Positions 29,092 through 45,348 of a stretch of 64,000 nucleotides of DNA are shown here, piece by piece (within the stretch, counting starts at the first letter, position 1; every line of letters starts with the position of its first letter). The stretch is from Chrysomallon squamiferum (lineage: Eukaryota; Animalia; Mollusca). Position numbers and translations under genes: made by a program. The DNA lies in assembly GCA_012295275.1 (NCBI GenBank), contig CM022677.1, forward strand, positions 5,766,001 through 5,830,000, written 5' to 3'. The notes below the pieces were generated by a model that saw nothing but the letters and a program-made list of their open reading frames with translations, was not told the DNA's origin and ran no database searches.

Positions 29092-30632
29092 GGTTGTTAT
29101 TTACATCTTCGGAACATAAGACTGAATCATTCGATATGTTTTTTACAAATGACAATGATATAGACGCATAATAAACTATTTAAAAGAAAAAATCACTCTC
29201 GTAGCTCAACACAAAACGCTCCATTAAACCATTTATTTTTGCAACAAGTCAGATTTCATTTTCTATAATGAAAATAATAAACACTTATAAAACAATAAAG
29301 TCTGTTTCTTTCCTAATTCATGTCTACCTGACAAAACTCACGTTATGTATTTTAAACTGGAGCGTGTCTAGATTTCGTGAAAATGATTTTGCTTCTTAAT
29401 TGATCGCAATAATGTATTTTAATAAATAATTTCATTTAATGAAAAGAAATTTAACAATAAACTAACTTGAATCTTTTATGACCTTTTGTCAAAAATAATT
29501 TTGAAAAGTTAATTTCAGTTAGGCAGATTTTTAAATGATCAGTTATTCCGTAGACATTTTATTTCTCCATCGACTATTTTATAAGATAACTGAACATAGC
29601 ATTCATTATTATTTTTACAAACTGCTCTTTTATCAACGTACACAGGACATCCATTATTGGTGTTTCGTTTTCATTTTATGTTGCTGTTGTTGTTATAACC
29701 TGGTTTACTGTTAAACAGATACACAATCAACAGTCACAACTAATAACAGTATAGTACAGACTTGCTTACCCGAGAAGAGATGGAAGTAAAACTGCAACTG
29801 CGTAGACTAACAAATTCACAGAAAAACATATGTCGTCTGCTTGTTCTGTCACTCATCAGCTTGAATACATTGAGTGATTTTGTTAAAAGACGACATGTCA
29901 CAGGTTTGAGACTTACTATTATCTCTCTATCAAAAGTATTTTGGTTGCTGCTATTGTTTATGTTGTTATTACTGTTGTTGTTGTTTTGTTGATGTCATAA
30001 TTATTATTATTGTTGTTGTTTTTGTTATTATTATCATATTTGTTTATCTACCTACTTATTTTATTTTTTTTTATTGTTTATTTTTTTTTTATATTTATTT
30101 TTTGATATACACATCAGTCAAAAGACATATAAAACAACTACATATATGCTGTTTATAGTCATACACATCAAATAAAATAAACAAATAAATACGTCAAATA
30201 ACAAAAGTATTCGAGGAAAAAAATTACGAAGTTCCTCAGACAGAAACGTTTCTGTGCTTTACTGATTGGTTTTCTATATTAATTAATTATTTTATGTACT
30301 TACTTAGTTACTTATTTATTAACTTATTAATTTAAATTCTATATTTCTACATACAACATGAATAACTGTTACACGACTAATTTGCACGTCTCATAGTTTT
30401 GACTCTGTATTTCCTAGTACAGTTCGTTCTGTATAAAGGTTTCACATTGTGTACACAATCATCCACATCTGTTCTCTGGCTATTGAAGCTAAGAAAAGTT
30501 TTTGCATTATTTATTGCATGTTAAAAGCGACTCTACAAACATACAGAAAATACATCCTAGATCTGGACCTGTGTTTTTATTAAATTATTTTTTCATATTT
30601 TGTTTCATTTTATACATACATACATACATACA

Positions 30633-30710
<78 letters not shown>

Positions 30711-31366
30711 AGACCGTGTGTGTGTATGTGTGTTTGTTTTGCGGGTTATTTTGTGTCTACTTACAGTTGTTTTGTAGCTGTATGTTTTCTGCAATTCGTG
30801 TACATGTGTGTATGTTTGCTTATATTTGTGAATGTTATGTATGTATATGAGTTTCTACGGACGTGCTTCCGACCACTCTAGTTTAGAAAATTAAACAGTC
30901 ACAGTAAATGAATGAAGGAAACGCAGACGGAAAATCAGAATTTTTATACATAGTAAGAAAAATATAATGATGATATATAAATTTCGAAACAAAGTTTTGT
31001 TCGAATTATGAAAGGAAAACATCATTTTGAAGTGAAATCTATGCTCTTTCAGATGAGATTAATTGAGCCTTTTTAACGCGAATGAGAACAACGCGGGCCA
31101 GAAACGATTCATTTTCTGATACGTAGAGAGGCATGCCACGCTGCTTGAGTGCGTGAAAGGTTGTGATTCTTCAAAAAATAATTAAAAATCACACATTTTC
31201 ATAGAACAAAAACAAACACTGAAAGGAGGAAATGCGCAGTGCAGACGCCAATACCAAATTTATGCGTCTGCAAGAGGGAGTGATCCTTCTAGTAAATTTC
31301 AGTATGTAAATACTGTGATAAAAAAAATTATTTTAATGGTTTTTCACTATTATAAATATTATTTGT

Positions 31367-31417
<51 letters not shown>

Positions 31418-31579
31418 TTTTCAAAGAAACTAGGAAAACATATATCCTTTACTATTATTATGATTATTATTATTATTACTATTGTTGCTGCTGTTGTTGT
31501 TGTTACTGTTATTATTACTGATCTTCCGAACAAATGATTGTACGATATCATTTTTAAAAATCTTCAAATGAAATTATAC

Positions 31580-31611
<32 letters not shown>

Positions 31612-32207
31612 AACAATAATAATAATAATAATAATAATTTAATAAATAAATAATTAAATACATTTTATTACACATTCTGAAAACAAACAGTATTTACTTT
31701 GATCTCGAAATTATTATTATTATTATTATTCAGAACATATGACTTTCTGTAGGATATCCTTTTAAAAAATATAAATGCTATATGATATGCATATATAATT
31801 AAAAAAAGAATAATTATTTAAAAAAACATTAACATTTACAATTCAAAAACTCTTCACTGAATCATTTATTTATTTCAAAACCTATTTTATTATTTAATTA
31901 AGAAAATAATAATCACTTGAAAAGGATTTTTGTTTTTTTTTTTTTTTGTTTTGTTTGGCTTACTCGTGTCTACGTGACAAAACTCAAGTTAAGTATTTCA
32001 AATGTTTAGATCACGTGACAATGATCTCACCGGAAAGTAACACAGACCTTCTTGATTATAGCAATAATAATAAGAATAATAATAATAAGAAGAAGAAGAA
32101 GAACAAAACAACAACAGCAACAATAATAATAATAATAATAATTTTCCAAAAATTGGTAAATATTATATGCTTTATTATTGTTATTTTCGTTGTTGTTTTT
32201 GTTGTTG

Positions 32208-32272
<65 letters not shown>

Positions 32273-34158
32273 GCTAGTAGTAGTAGTGGTAGTACTGGTA
32301 GTAGTAGTAGTATTGTACGATATCATTTTAAAAATGATAAGCATACACAATTATAATAAACTATAATTATTTCAAAAACAAAAACATTCACAGTTCAATT
32401 TTTTATTATTATTACTTTTAATTAAGAACATAACAGTCGTTCGAAAAGGAATACTATTCTTTGCTTACTCGGGTCTACGTGACAAAATTCACATTAAGTC
32501 AGTGGTCTTGCCAGATTTTGCAAAAGGGATGGGGGGAATCGGCGTAACTGGTGCAAGTTAAACAAAGGGATGGTTCTGATGTTCAAATTACTTGTTTGTC
32601 AAAAATACTCCTATAAATGATTGCATCAAATGCATTAACTATTAACAAGTTTATTTTTTTGCAATTAAATAAAATCAAAGTATCTGTTACCGGCGAGTTT
32701 TGTCTGGTTGTTCTGTGAATTATTTTCTTTACATGAATATATTTATACAAAATAGTGTACATATACCTACAGATTATATATTTATATTGTACATACCATG
32801 CGCCTGCTACAGTAGCCTCGATTATAAAAGCATCGTGAGTAGCAGCAAATTTCATAGGAATCGGATTGCGTCCCTTTGTAAATATGACAGTCGATGGCGA
32901 CTTTCTTCAAACTGACTGGTGAAACAGAAAATCAAATTCGATGTTGTTATTTTTTGTTCTTATTAAAACAACGCTGCAAAAACTAACTAACTAACTAACT
33001 AAATAAATATATATATATATATAAATCTGCTACCAAATAAACTGTCTGTCAACATGTGTTTGTTCTAATCTTGTTTTATTTACTTATTTAGTTCCAGTAA
33101 ATAAGATCATTATTGAAGGTAGCATGACTTAATATCTGTCTGTGTGTATAACCGTACATATTATTCATGTTACAGCATGTTGTACATTCAGCACGATAGG
33201 GCAGACATTTTTTATTTAGTTTTAATTTTATTTTCACAACTCACACTACGTTAAACAGGAATTTTATTAATTTCTTCATCAAGGCTAATGAAGATCTTTC
33301 TCGGTGATTGCTTTGATTATGCCTGTGATAGTTTTAACGTCTGTTGTTGAGTACATGTAGTGACCGTTTTAATGTACATCTGACTTGTTTATTTTAAAAT
33401 CTAACGACAGAGAAAACTGAGTATTAATGATAAATGTTTCATTCCCAAACATTTACCAAATCAGTTGATATTGTATAATTTGTCTTTGATTAAGCTGATT
33501 AATTTATACCAACATTGTAACTTAATAAATAATTTCATTTAATGAAAACAAGAAATTTGACAGTGAACTAATTTGAATCTTTCATGGCCGCTTGTCAAAA
33601 CATGGTTCTAACGAGAAGAAACCCCATATTAAACACTTTAATAATAATAATAATAATAATAATAATTACAAAAACAGACAAATATCAAAGACAAATATCA
33701 TGAACAAAATCATCTAATGAATATAATTGTAATAAGGAATATCCATTTTAGCCATTTTAAATTACAGCTCAGTTTTAGATTATAATTAAATCAAATCAGT
33801 ATATAGAAATTAACGTTATTTTATTAACATTGAACATATTTTTATCATACTAATTCTATATTTTGTGCAGCTTCCCGAATAGACTGAATTACATCAGCAT
33901 TAATATTTGACGAAATCAATTAATTTAAATTTGTATTTTCAAATAATTCCGTAGACATTTTATTCTTCCATTGACTATTTTTTAAAACAACTCAACAAAG
34001 TAAATATTATTGTTTTTACAAATTGCTCATTCGTCAACAACTTAACTTATACTTCGACCACGATTCTCTTATTCGCGCCATTTGTCTTTCTTCTTCTTCT
34101 TATCATCATCATCACCATCATCATCATCATTATTCTATATGCAAAGATATAATTCGAT

Positions 34159-34206
<48 letters not shown>

Positions 34207-34611
34207 GTAATTATAACAACAACAACAATAATAACAACAACAACAACCACAATACTGAACTGTTATTTGACATTAAAGTTTGAAATCTGATCCAGTTTTA
34301 CAGACAAAACTAGGCAGTATCAGTCATATTTTCTAACAGTGAGTGTAACTATAAAGGGTTCAAATTCTTGTTAACAGCTCAACCGTGAACATGGTTAACG
34401 TGCGATCTATACATGTGCTACGTACAGTACAAATCTAATAATAATAATAAAAAAAAACCACAATAATGAAGTGTAGTTTGACATTTTTCTATCTCTAACA
34501 ATGAGCATAAATACACAGGTTTCAAATTCTCACTGTTTACAACTCAACCGTGAACACGATGAAAGGGAGATCTGTGTAGCTATACAAAAACTAAACACAG
34601 TATAAAAAAAA

Positions 34612-34683
<72 letters not shown>

Positions 34684-36223
34684 TGGAAGTATTAATAATA
34701 AGAAGAGAAAGAAGAACTACAACAAAAATAAGTGCAGTGATTATGATATTAAGAAATATAACAATGATAATAATAATAGTATGAGTTAAATAAAATAATG
34801 AGTTTCTTGAAGCTAAATGCAGGTGAAAAGTTACATACATACATACATACATACATATCCATAAAAAGTTAACTTTTCCTCTGTAACATTTAACACAAGA
34901 TCTATTATTATTATTATTATTTATATTATTATTACTATTATTACATTATTATTAGTAGTAGTAGTAGTAATTTTTTATTAATTTATTTTTTATTTTTTAT
35001 TTTTAATAAACTGATCAAAGACGACCCCAAATATGCAAATCGATCAAAATATATATATAAAACATCTACATATAAATATCGGTAGTTATCTGTCATATAC
35101 GTAATAAAAAAATAAATGCATACCCCAGATAATAACAACAATAAAATTCGATAATAAATAAATAAATAAATAAATAAAAATAGGGAATTCCTCGCACTGA
35201 GATATTTCTGTATTTTAATTATTGTTGTATATTTATATATTTGTTTATTTATTTATTTATTTTATTTTATTTTATTTTATTTTATTTTATTTTATTTTAT
35301 TATTTTACATTTCTACATACAGGATGAATAACAGTTACAGGGCTAATATGCAAATTTCTCGTCATTTTGACAATGTACGTTTAAGTAGTTCGTTATGTAA
35401 CCACGTTGGTTGTTTTTATTGGTTTTAATGAAAGTTTTACATTCTGTACATAATAATACGACCTCTGACTATGGACACTGACGACTGACAAAAAAACTGG
35501 GTACCTGTATTTATTTCAGTCGGTGATCTTTCAATACTGTCATTCATGTGACACCACGTGCACAGGCCACATGCGTGATTTCTCTTCTAGCTGACGTCAG
35601 ATGATTCGCTTCAAATTTCAACAAAGAATTTTCAGAACCCACACAGTTTGTTGTTATCGTTGAGGTCACAGTTCAAGTAAACCATTTATTTGAGTACAGG
35701 TAGATCGTTACGACTTTTACAATGTTTTTGAAACTGGTTTGCATGCAGGGTAAGAAAGAGACGAAAAGAGTGTGGGGGGGGTGGAAGGTACCAACTACGT
35801 GTACTAAACTGTAATATCGTGGTTTACAAAGTTCCCCAGAATATCGATTAATAACTTAAATTAACTTACTTTTCTCATTTTTAACAACTGAGTAAGTAAT
35901 TAGGTAAGTAATGAGAAATTCTATTTTAAAACCATTCGTATTAACATTCATTTCTTTATATTTTTTATCTTCTTTCTCATTTTTTTTCTCTCATATTACA
36001 ATTATCTGTAAATAACTTTAAATCAACGGCAAATATCTAATTTCGGGTTTTATTATCGTTGTCTTCATAAAATAAACTGAAGAGCATCCATGGAGATCTA
36101 ACATCATTCTGGACCTTGACCTTCATTGTTTTTATATTGTTATTTTTCTCTTTTTCATTCCATTCTAACTAGTTGTCAATAGAGCTATCTACTATGTGTA
36201 TATCTGTGTGTGTCTGTGGCTGA

Positions 36224-36279
<56 letters not shown>

Positions 36280-36536
36280 CTTGTGTGTGTGTGTGTTATT
36301 AGATTCCGAACGAAACGTCTGTTTTCTACGTGTATATTGTCTGCAGTTGTTATACATGTGTATACGTATGTTTACGATTGTACATGTATGTGCGTTTGTG
36401 CACACATGTTTGCGAAAACTCTATTTTAGAAAATGAGATAGACCACTAAAACATCAAAGAAAAAATAAATAAATAACAGAGTGAAAATTAATCAATAAAC
36501 AGTTAACAACCAGCAGAATATTTATACACAGTAAAA

Positions 36537-36576
<40 letters not shown>

Positions 36577-36830
36577 GTGGACTGTACTTTAACATTAAAG
36601 TTTTAAACCTGACCTACTGTTTGACAGATAACACAAAACGGCAGTGAAATCAATACCTGTGTTACGACATTTTTCAAGTATCTAACAATGAATGTAACTA
36701 CAAATTCTTCTTGTTAACAAGTCAATCGTAAAGTCGATTAACGTGCGACCTAAATACCTGTAGAACGGTTAAACAGAGTAAAAAAAACCCACAAAAAAGA
36801 AAAAACCAAAACAACAACAACAACAACAAC

Positions 36831-36867
<37 letters not shown>

Positions 36868-37186
36868 GGTGAAATGTAGTTTAATATTAAAGTTTGAAAT
36901 CTAACCTACTGTTTCACAGACAGAAATAGACGATATCAGTCACAATATTCTTTTAAGTACCCTTATAACGACATATCTCTATTCTCTAGCAATGATTATA
37001 ACTACACGTTTCAAATTCTCCTTCTTAACAACTCAACCGTGAACACGAGTAACATGCAATCTGTCAAAGTATCTGCAGAGCTATTAAACACAATAAACCG
37101 CACCCAAAACTCCCCCCAAAACCACTAAAAAAATAAACAAAATAAAAACCCAGCAAGAACACCAACACCAACAACAGCAGCAACAA

Positions 37187-37251
<65 letters not shown>

Positions 37252-37341
37252 CAATAACAATAACAACAACTGTTAATAAACAGAAACTATATCGGAAACA
37301 CTTACTATGCAACTGGTTTATCCTAAACCCCGCTAGCCAGA

Positions 37342-37393
<52 letters not shown>

Positions 37394-38317
37394 CATCATC
37401 ATCATCATTATTCGTAGTAGTAGTATTTCTGAGCAACTGACTGTAAAATACCATTAATTTTGTTTTCTAAACGTAATTATTTAAAAGACAATAACATTTA
37501 GAGTTTAAAAACTGACCATTGAATCATTTATTTATTTAAAAAGTGGCCTTTTTTTGTTTGTTTGTTGTTGTTGTTGTTTTCTTTTTTAATTAAGAAAATA
37601 ATAATCACTTGAAAAGGAATAGTTTTTCTTTGCTTACTCGTGCCTACGTGACAAAACTCACGTTAAGTATTTCAACTGTTTAGATCACGTGACAATGGTC
37701 TCACCTTAACGTAACATTGACGTTGCTGATTGAAGCTACTGAGTTTTAATTATGCAAATTGTGTTCTCAATCTTTTACAAAAATATTTGTATTGTAGTAT
37801 TTATCCATTGATTTAATTTATTGCAGGGATGTAATTTAATAAATAATAGAAATTTTCATTTAATGAAAGTGCAAATGTTTCATGACCTTCCCAAAATAAT
37901 ATTAATGAGAATAAATTCCATTATTAAAGGACCAGAAAAAATAAATAACTAAATAAAAAAATAAACAGCAACAAACAATAAATAATAATAACGACGACGA
38001 TGACGACGAAACAACAACAACAACAATAATAATAAATAAAGCTTTCATATTAACGGTAATTTCTTTACTTTCCTTGTTTCTTCTTCTTTCTTCAAATTAT
38101 AATTATCTATAGGTAACTTTAATTCACAGCAGTAAAACGCAAATCTCTTGTGATCATGGGTTAGGCCGTTCTAAGCAATTTGTTTATTTCGGGTACAATG
38201 TATTTACCTCGTTGTCTTCATCGTAAAGCAAGGAATGTCCAGGGGTGAGCAAGCCGCGGCCTAGTAACTCACTGATGTGAATCTTTTTTCTTCTTCTTCT
38301 TTTGTTCCTTTTCCTAT

Positions 38318-38352
<35 letters not shown>

Positions 38353-38889
38353 TAAAGACAAATGCATAGAAGAAAAATACAGCCTACGTTTGGTGAAGTT
38401 TGTCAGGTTAGGATGGTTATGGGTGAAACTGTAAAATTTACTCTTAGCATCATGAAAAGTGGGAGGAGACAGGATTACTGTCATTGTGTAGTAGCCTCGC
38501 AATAACTTCATAATATTTAGAGGTAAGGTTTTCAGTGGGAAATGGCGGAAAGCTGAACAGTTGTGATTTTATTTATCCTGATTTAGTCCTAATTTCCCAA
38601 AATCTTAGATCCGTGGAATTCAGGGTCCACAGCACACACACACATACACCCGGGATATATATTATGTAATATCGTTTAGTAGAATTATAAGAAGTGTCTT
38701 AGAGGTACTGAATTGTAACATTTATATCTGCGAGTGTCTTCAAGCTGACTGAAACAGAAAATACGACGTTGTTATTCTTCGTTTTTAGAGAATTTTATTA
38801 CTCTGAAAATCAACTGTCCTTTATATATATATATATATAATTTAAGATATATATATATGTATACACACCTACATATACACAACGCATAT

Positions 38890-38925
<36 letters not shown>

Positions 38926-40356
38926 ATATATACATATATATAACTCTTGAATATGTTTTTTATAACTATCGTAAACAGTTTATTTTAAAACCTTTCGTCC
39001 CTCTTCACCTTATTTTATTTTATTTTATTGTTTTATATCCTGTTACATTTTTACACCTGTAATGTGAATAAATGTCACAAGACTAACACACAGATATCTC
39101 ATGTTTAACTTGACTGAGTAATTCTAACTGCAGTTCGTTCTAGGTCACCCGTTTATTTCAATACAGTGTGTTACTCTTGTTACCCTGTGACGTCACTGAA
39201 TGTTCTAATATATCATGTTTCTGAAAACTGGTTTCAATACGAAGACAGAAAGCAATAGAGCGGGACAGCGGGTTGAACTACATCAACGATGTTTAATAGA
39301 TAATAATATCGTGTTTAGAAAGAAAACAAATGAAACAAACATCATTAGAAGCAAAAGAAACAACGCATTTATACAAAACAATCATTCCATTACATTCCTC
39401 TAAATAGTTTTTAATAAACATTTTAATCTATTATTCAAACTTTATCAAGAGGAATTTAAGCACTGAAATTAATACTATTTACAACAAACCCTTTATAAAC
39501 AAAGCTCTCAGAAGTTTTTAGTTTCCACAAAAAGCTGCTAGATGTAAAACAGAACTGTTTTTGTTGTCTGTTGTAATAAAAAGTGCCACACCTCTTTTCT
39601 CTGCTCTTATTTGGTCATAGACAATGACTGCTAGACTCTGTATCACAGCATTTAAGAAATTAACATCTGTTGTTTACTGTTTTCAACATGTTTTACTTTT
39701 TAAATATAAATAATATTATTTTTTACTTGTCACCACATATGAATTTTTTTTTTTGTTGTTGAAAAATGCAATAGTTTGTTGTCATAATTGTAATTCACAA
39801 GAATTTCTTACGTTATTATGAAGATCTGTGTGAAAATGTTTTACATATTTAGACACAATCTATTTGAGTCAATTTTTGAACTGATTCTAGAAACATACTA
39901 CGAGGATATAGAACAAATATTAAATAAATTTCTTAATGAAAAAAAATGAAAAAATGAAAATATTTTTACACTTGATCCTGTGCACCGTCTCACGGAAAGT
40001 AGAAAACTCCAGGAGGCCACGCCCAATTATTTCTTATTTGAAAGACTTAAAGACAGAGAAACTGTCAGAAGATAGTCTAAAGTTCTGAAAGACTCGTTTT
40101 GGTGTCAGTGAAGAATTTCGTCGCTAGTTTCTGGAATGCAGAAAACGTTTGCTGGCAAAGGTTATTGAAACTAGAAGATTTGAATTCGGTAACACATTAC
40201 TGGGTCACTAACTTTATTGGAAGGTAAACGATCGTTTCCAGATATTGAAACACAAGCTAGGCACATCGCATCTAACATTCGCAGCCCACATATTGTAAAT
40301 CGAAACAAACGTGCCCGCAATTACTCCTCACTATGGATGATCATGCCTGGGACAGT
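29091..40356 (-). repeat. Right arm of ~11.2 kb inverted duplication
   Basis: Reverse complement of 5682-16859. It differs mainly in microsatellite lengths, a few indels, and more substitutions toward the outer end. Confidence 0.98.
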
Positions 40357-41444
40357 CAAAACAAACAGACTGAGTATCGAACAATCTGTTACACAGAGTA
40401 AACACTTCCAACTGTAAATATCGTATTTTTAAATGTCTGCAGTTTGACAAATAAACTGCATGTACGAGAGGTTTTAAACTGTTTTAATCAGTATGATATT
40501 TATGTTTAGAAGAAATCAAATTTATATATGTGGAAATATTAGAAGTATACATATGTATGTATGTATGCATGCATGTGTGTGTATGTGTGTATGTATTTGG
40601 GTGTGAGTATGAGTGTTTGCGTGTGTGTAACGGAAATGGTAAACACACATGGGTTGAATCGGGCAGCATATGCTTGGTTATTAACAGCAATTTTGCTGCA
40701 AAAGTACAAATTTATATGAAAACACATCTGAATATGTATTATGGTTTAAGTTTACAGATATAATTTTATCTAGGAACAATCTAATATTGTAACTGGCGTA
40801 TACACCAACTAAAAGGTGTCCTTATTTTAACAGTGATACTTTTGATATGTTGTAAAACAAATTTAATAACATATCTACAGAATATAACGCCAGCACACAG
40901 AGACTCCCTGATTATCTAATGTGTGACATTGAAACAAATAACATGATAGAATTTTAGAGGAATTACTTAATTTATTGAACTAGCCCATAAGCATCCTAAA
41001 TTTGGGAATTTTTCAAAGAAAAAGTCAGTATGTTGGTAGACCAAAAAAAAAAAAAAAATTAAAATATATATATAAACTACTTCGCTCGCTACGTGTATTA
41101 TAGAAAATCGTAAAATTTGAAATTCTTGATTTTGAATATTCAGATATTTATAGTCCAATTTTCATTTCCTTTTGTGGTTTAAAAATGAAACAAGTAGACG
41201 ACACTGATGAAACTGAACTGAAATTCCGAAAATGAAATAAGAATCTGTCTGACAATTACAGTGTAAACAAAGAAACTACCAATACTGTTATTTCTGATTG
41301 AGACAGGTTAGGTGCATATTTTTAACATCAACAGCTTAACGCCAATGTGAACGGGACCTGTAATGTATTCATGAACATCACGGTAATCACATTTGGATAT
41401 ACTCATCATTATTATTATATTATCATCATCATCATCATCATCAT

Positions 41445-41490
<46 letters not shown>

Positions 41491-41493
41491 TTA

Positions 41494-41541
<48 letters not shown>

Positions 41542-42349
41542 ATATTTGATGTACCAAGCTAATTCAGTTTCTGTATCGCTGATATACATGACTAATATTT
41601 AATGATTTAAAATATTCGGTGTTCTTCCTAACAGCACGCGCTCAGAACAAGCAGACGACGGTTTGTGCTCTAACAATCGAAATATCATGTTAGACGAAAG
41701 ATTAATAACAAAAAGAAAAGCAGAAGTTATTGGTTTTCCTTCTATTATCTTATTCAGCAGTTAGCTGTAATATATATATTTATTACATTCTTGCTGAGCT
41801 CAGCAAAAACCGCGGAATCAATGAGTCAAACAACCGAGACAAGGCCAACAACTGTTAGTTTGTTATACAAAACTCAAAATATCTTGGCCAATAATTTAAC
41901 TTTAAAATTTAAAAACTACATGAAAAGTTCGTTGTTGCACACGTTCCTGTGAAAGATTATTATGGACGGTCTAACTGTATTATTTGCATATCATTTGCAG
42001 TTAATGTCAGTTTTAAACTGATTATAATTATTAATATGTATTTAATTACTATTTGTGGTTTAATTTTTTTTTTTTTTTTGTCTATATTTCATGAATAGAA
42101 ACTAGATCATTTCAAGGTTATACCTATACAAAGAAATGTATCTAGTGAACTACAGTTTCACAGGTAACTGGGTTTTACGTTCAAGCAAAGATGAGATCAC
42201 CTGTCTTCGTCACGCTGTAATTGGAAGAAAACGCTTTCACAGAGTCTGACAGGCCAGACGAATAAGTCTGCCTATTGTGACAAACGCTTTACACGAAATA
42301 GCATCCTTTGTACTGATGACAAAATGCTACATTATTAATCCACTTCCAC

Positions 42350-42465
42350 TCAAAACAAAAGTATATTCACTGAAACATACCAAACATTACATTTATGATA
42401 CTCCACCCCAAAACAACAGAATATACCCTGAAACATACCAAACATTATGATACTGACCCTAGATA
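42350..42465. repeat. Short tandem duplication (~60 bp unit)
   Basis: CTGAAACATACCAAACATTA occurs at about 42370 and 42428 with similar flanks. Confidence 0.75.
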
Positions 42466-42674
42466 AGGTACATGAAGCATACTAAACAACAGAAAGATGT
42501 CAATGAATCATGGACAGGAAAGCACAATAGGTATGAATACTTTATTTATTACCCTGTATGATGAAATTAAGATAATAAACTATGCCTTTCTTTTGTGAGA
42601 ACATTTCCACAATTTACTTGCATGGAGTCCATTACGAGTTAAGAGACACGCTGATATATAACACCATGTCACTA

Positions 42675-43817
42675 GTGAATGTCACAAGAACTTGTACAAT
42701 GCATTATTCCATTGCAGTGTGTGTTTTTTTTTTTAACAATACAGGGAATTTACTTAATTTAATAAAGAAAACAAAAATCATAACCATTTACAAAATATAT
42801 GTATTATGTTAATTGTCAGTGGAATTACAATACATTCTATACTAATAATTGTTATTTTAAAAGTTAGCATTATAACTTTCACAATCATGGGTTACTCACT
42901 TTGGTATCGTCCCATTTGTTACACATCCATTTGTCACAGACTTATAACAAAACAGGCCATGGCTGAGTGAACTGGTAATCAGCTGTCCTCTATCTAGTAC
43001 ATAATAATGGGCTCATCTTCCCAGTTGTTACACATAAAGCTTAGAAAATAATCAAACAACTGATCTCAGATACAATTTACCAAAAGTCAAAAAAGAAAAA
43101 AAAAAAAATTAAACAAAGCAATTGAAAGCAGTTTGATTACCGATGACACTGGAAAGTTAATTAATTTCCCGCTAATCCCAACAAAAACAACAGCTAAAGA
43201 CAACCACACGTGACTTGCACAGCTAATTAGACCAAGTATTTTGTTAATCTGATTTTGTTTATGAAAGTGAAAACAAAAACACCGTGTGACAAAAACTTAC
43301 TGCGGCACATAAAATTCATAAAGTTTATAAACAATTTGACTATTTTTCTTCTTTCTTTCTTGCTATCATCATCAGTATTATTATTATTATTGTTGTTGTT
43401 GTTGTATTCAGTAATTCACTTATTTAATGATTTATTGATTGATTGATTTTAATTCTTTATTATCACTGTATTAAATAAATGAATGAAATAACACTTGGTC
43501 ACTGCTGACTACTACACTAATATTAGTGGAGTTGTGTAACAAATGGGAGACAATCCACTAATTAAAGGCTCAGTTATTATAAAACAGTAAGTTGAAGTTT
43601 GGTCTAAAGTTAGTTGATACACAAAGCTGATAAAATCATTTTACCAAGCTAATTAAAAGACAAAAAAAAATCAATGTAGATAAAAATATGCACATGTGTT
43701 TGCTATATAAATTCATTCAATATATTTTAATGATTAAATACATAAACTGTAAGTTAAAAAACAACAACAAGAAATTCAGATTCCCAATTAATAATACTAA
43801 TCATCATCATCATCATC

Positions 43818-43858
<41 letters not shown>

Positions 43859-44115
43859 TATTAATGAAATTATTCTTTCTTTTCTTATTCAGTGTATGAT
43901 AAAATAAATGTATGGAAAATTAATTGTATGTAATAGCCAAGTATTACAAAAAATATATATTTAAAAAAATATTTATATCAGTGTATTAAATAATATACAT
44001 AAAATGACACATTTCATTCATTGTTTATGTAAAAGTGACATAACCAGCAAGGTTAACACATTACACAAAACTTTAAAAAAAAAAAATTTGTGTAATTGTG
44101 AAACAGACAACTAAA
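42675..44115 (-). repeat. Old duplicated segment Y, copy 2
   Basis: Reverse-complement paralog of 17020-18100, with extra insertions. Confidence 0.85.
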
Positions 44116-44164
44116 TTAGATAACAAATAAAACTGTTTTGATTCACCAATACTCAATAATAATA

Positions 44165-44196
<32 letters not shown>

Positions 44197-44865
44197 AATA
44201 ATGATAATGATAAGAAGAACAACAATAATAAATCATTACTAACTGAATAAAATAAAATGAAAAATAAATAAAAAATTAAAGTTCAGTAACAAAATAATAT
44301 GCATAAAATAATTTCTCCAAGGAAGCAATCATCAAGATAGACAAAAAATCGAAAATCATTATACAACACGTAATTTACAGATCAGTGCTTTAGTCAATAG
44401 AAAAATAATTTGTCACTAACAAGTAATTTGATGCAAATTATTTACAAATAAAATAAAGGTAGTTTTAAAATGTGATCACAGATTAAATCAGTTTAACTTC
44501 ACACAGACAGGTCAGTGTGAAACTGATAAATGTAAACATTATTAACTAAAAGTATTTATAATTTTGAATTTGCTTTAATAATTATTCACTATTTTGATAA
44601 ATATTAATAGATAATTATAAATATTAATAAAAAATATTTCTACTTTAAACCTAAATATACTAATTATTTAATATTTACAATTATTAAATAGATAAATGTA
44701 AACATTATTAAATAAACATATTCATAATTTAAACTTGAATTTACATTCTTATTTATAAGTTTATAAATATTAAACAGATTACACAGACACACACATTAAC
44801 CAAAAATATCCTAATTTTAGATTTAAACTGTTTTAGTGCTTCGTACTGAAAACTGTCCATTACTC

Positions 44866-45065
44866 NNNNNNNNNNNNNNNNNNNNNNNNNNNNNNNNNNN
44901 NNNNNNNNNNNNNNNNNNNNNNNNNNNNNNNNNNNNNNNNNNNNNNNNNNNNNNNNNNNNNNNNNNNNNNNNNNNNNNNNNNNNNNNNNNNNNNNNNNNN
45001 NNNNNNNNNNNNNNNNNNNNNNNNNNNNNNNNNNNNNNNNNNNNNNNNNNNNNNNNNNNNNNNNN
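44866..45065. other. Assembly gap (200 N)
   Basis: Run of N of round-number length, typical of a scaffolding join of unknown true size. Confidence 0.99.
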
Positions 45066-45080
45066 TTGAGAATCTGTATC

Positions 45081-45099
<19 letters not shown>

Positions 45100-45111
<12 letters not shown>

Positions 45112-45308
45112 CATCGGTTCATTTCACTTACATTCTTTTTGTTTCTGTAACTCTTTGTTCCTAGTTTGCAATCTATAAATACATGCATTTCAATTTCAGT
45201 ATAGTTTTACATGATCAACTAAACATGATGAAGTGGTGCAAGTGATTCAACTTTCTTTTATTACATCAGTCGTTTGAGTGTATACTTAATCACTCAATGT
45301 GTTGATCT

Positions 45309-45348
<40 letters not shown>

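Noticed and set aside
30855-30885. Second Helitron-like end CGGACGTGCTTCCGACCACTCTAGT
   Set aside because: The stem is only 4 bp, and the homologous module at ~36410-36432 continues past this point without CTAG.
38357-38522. Exon-like block with a 47-aa ORF (MHRRKIQPTF...) and donor GAG|GTAAGG
   Set aside because: The left-arm copy has a 2-bp frameshift after the ATG and the other differences are mostly amino-acid changing.
44836-45114. ORFs spanning X residues
   Set aside because: Artefacts of the N gap.
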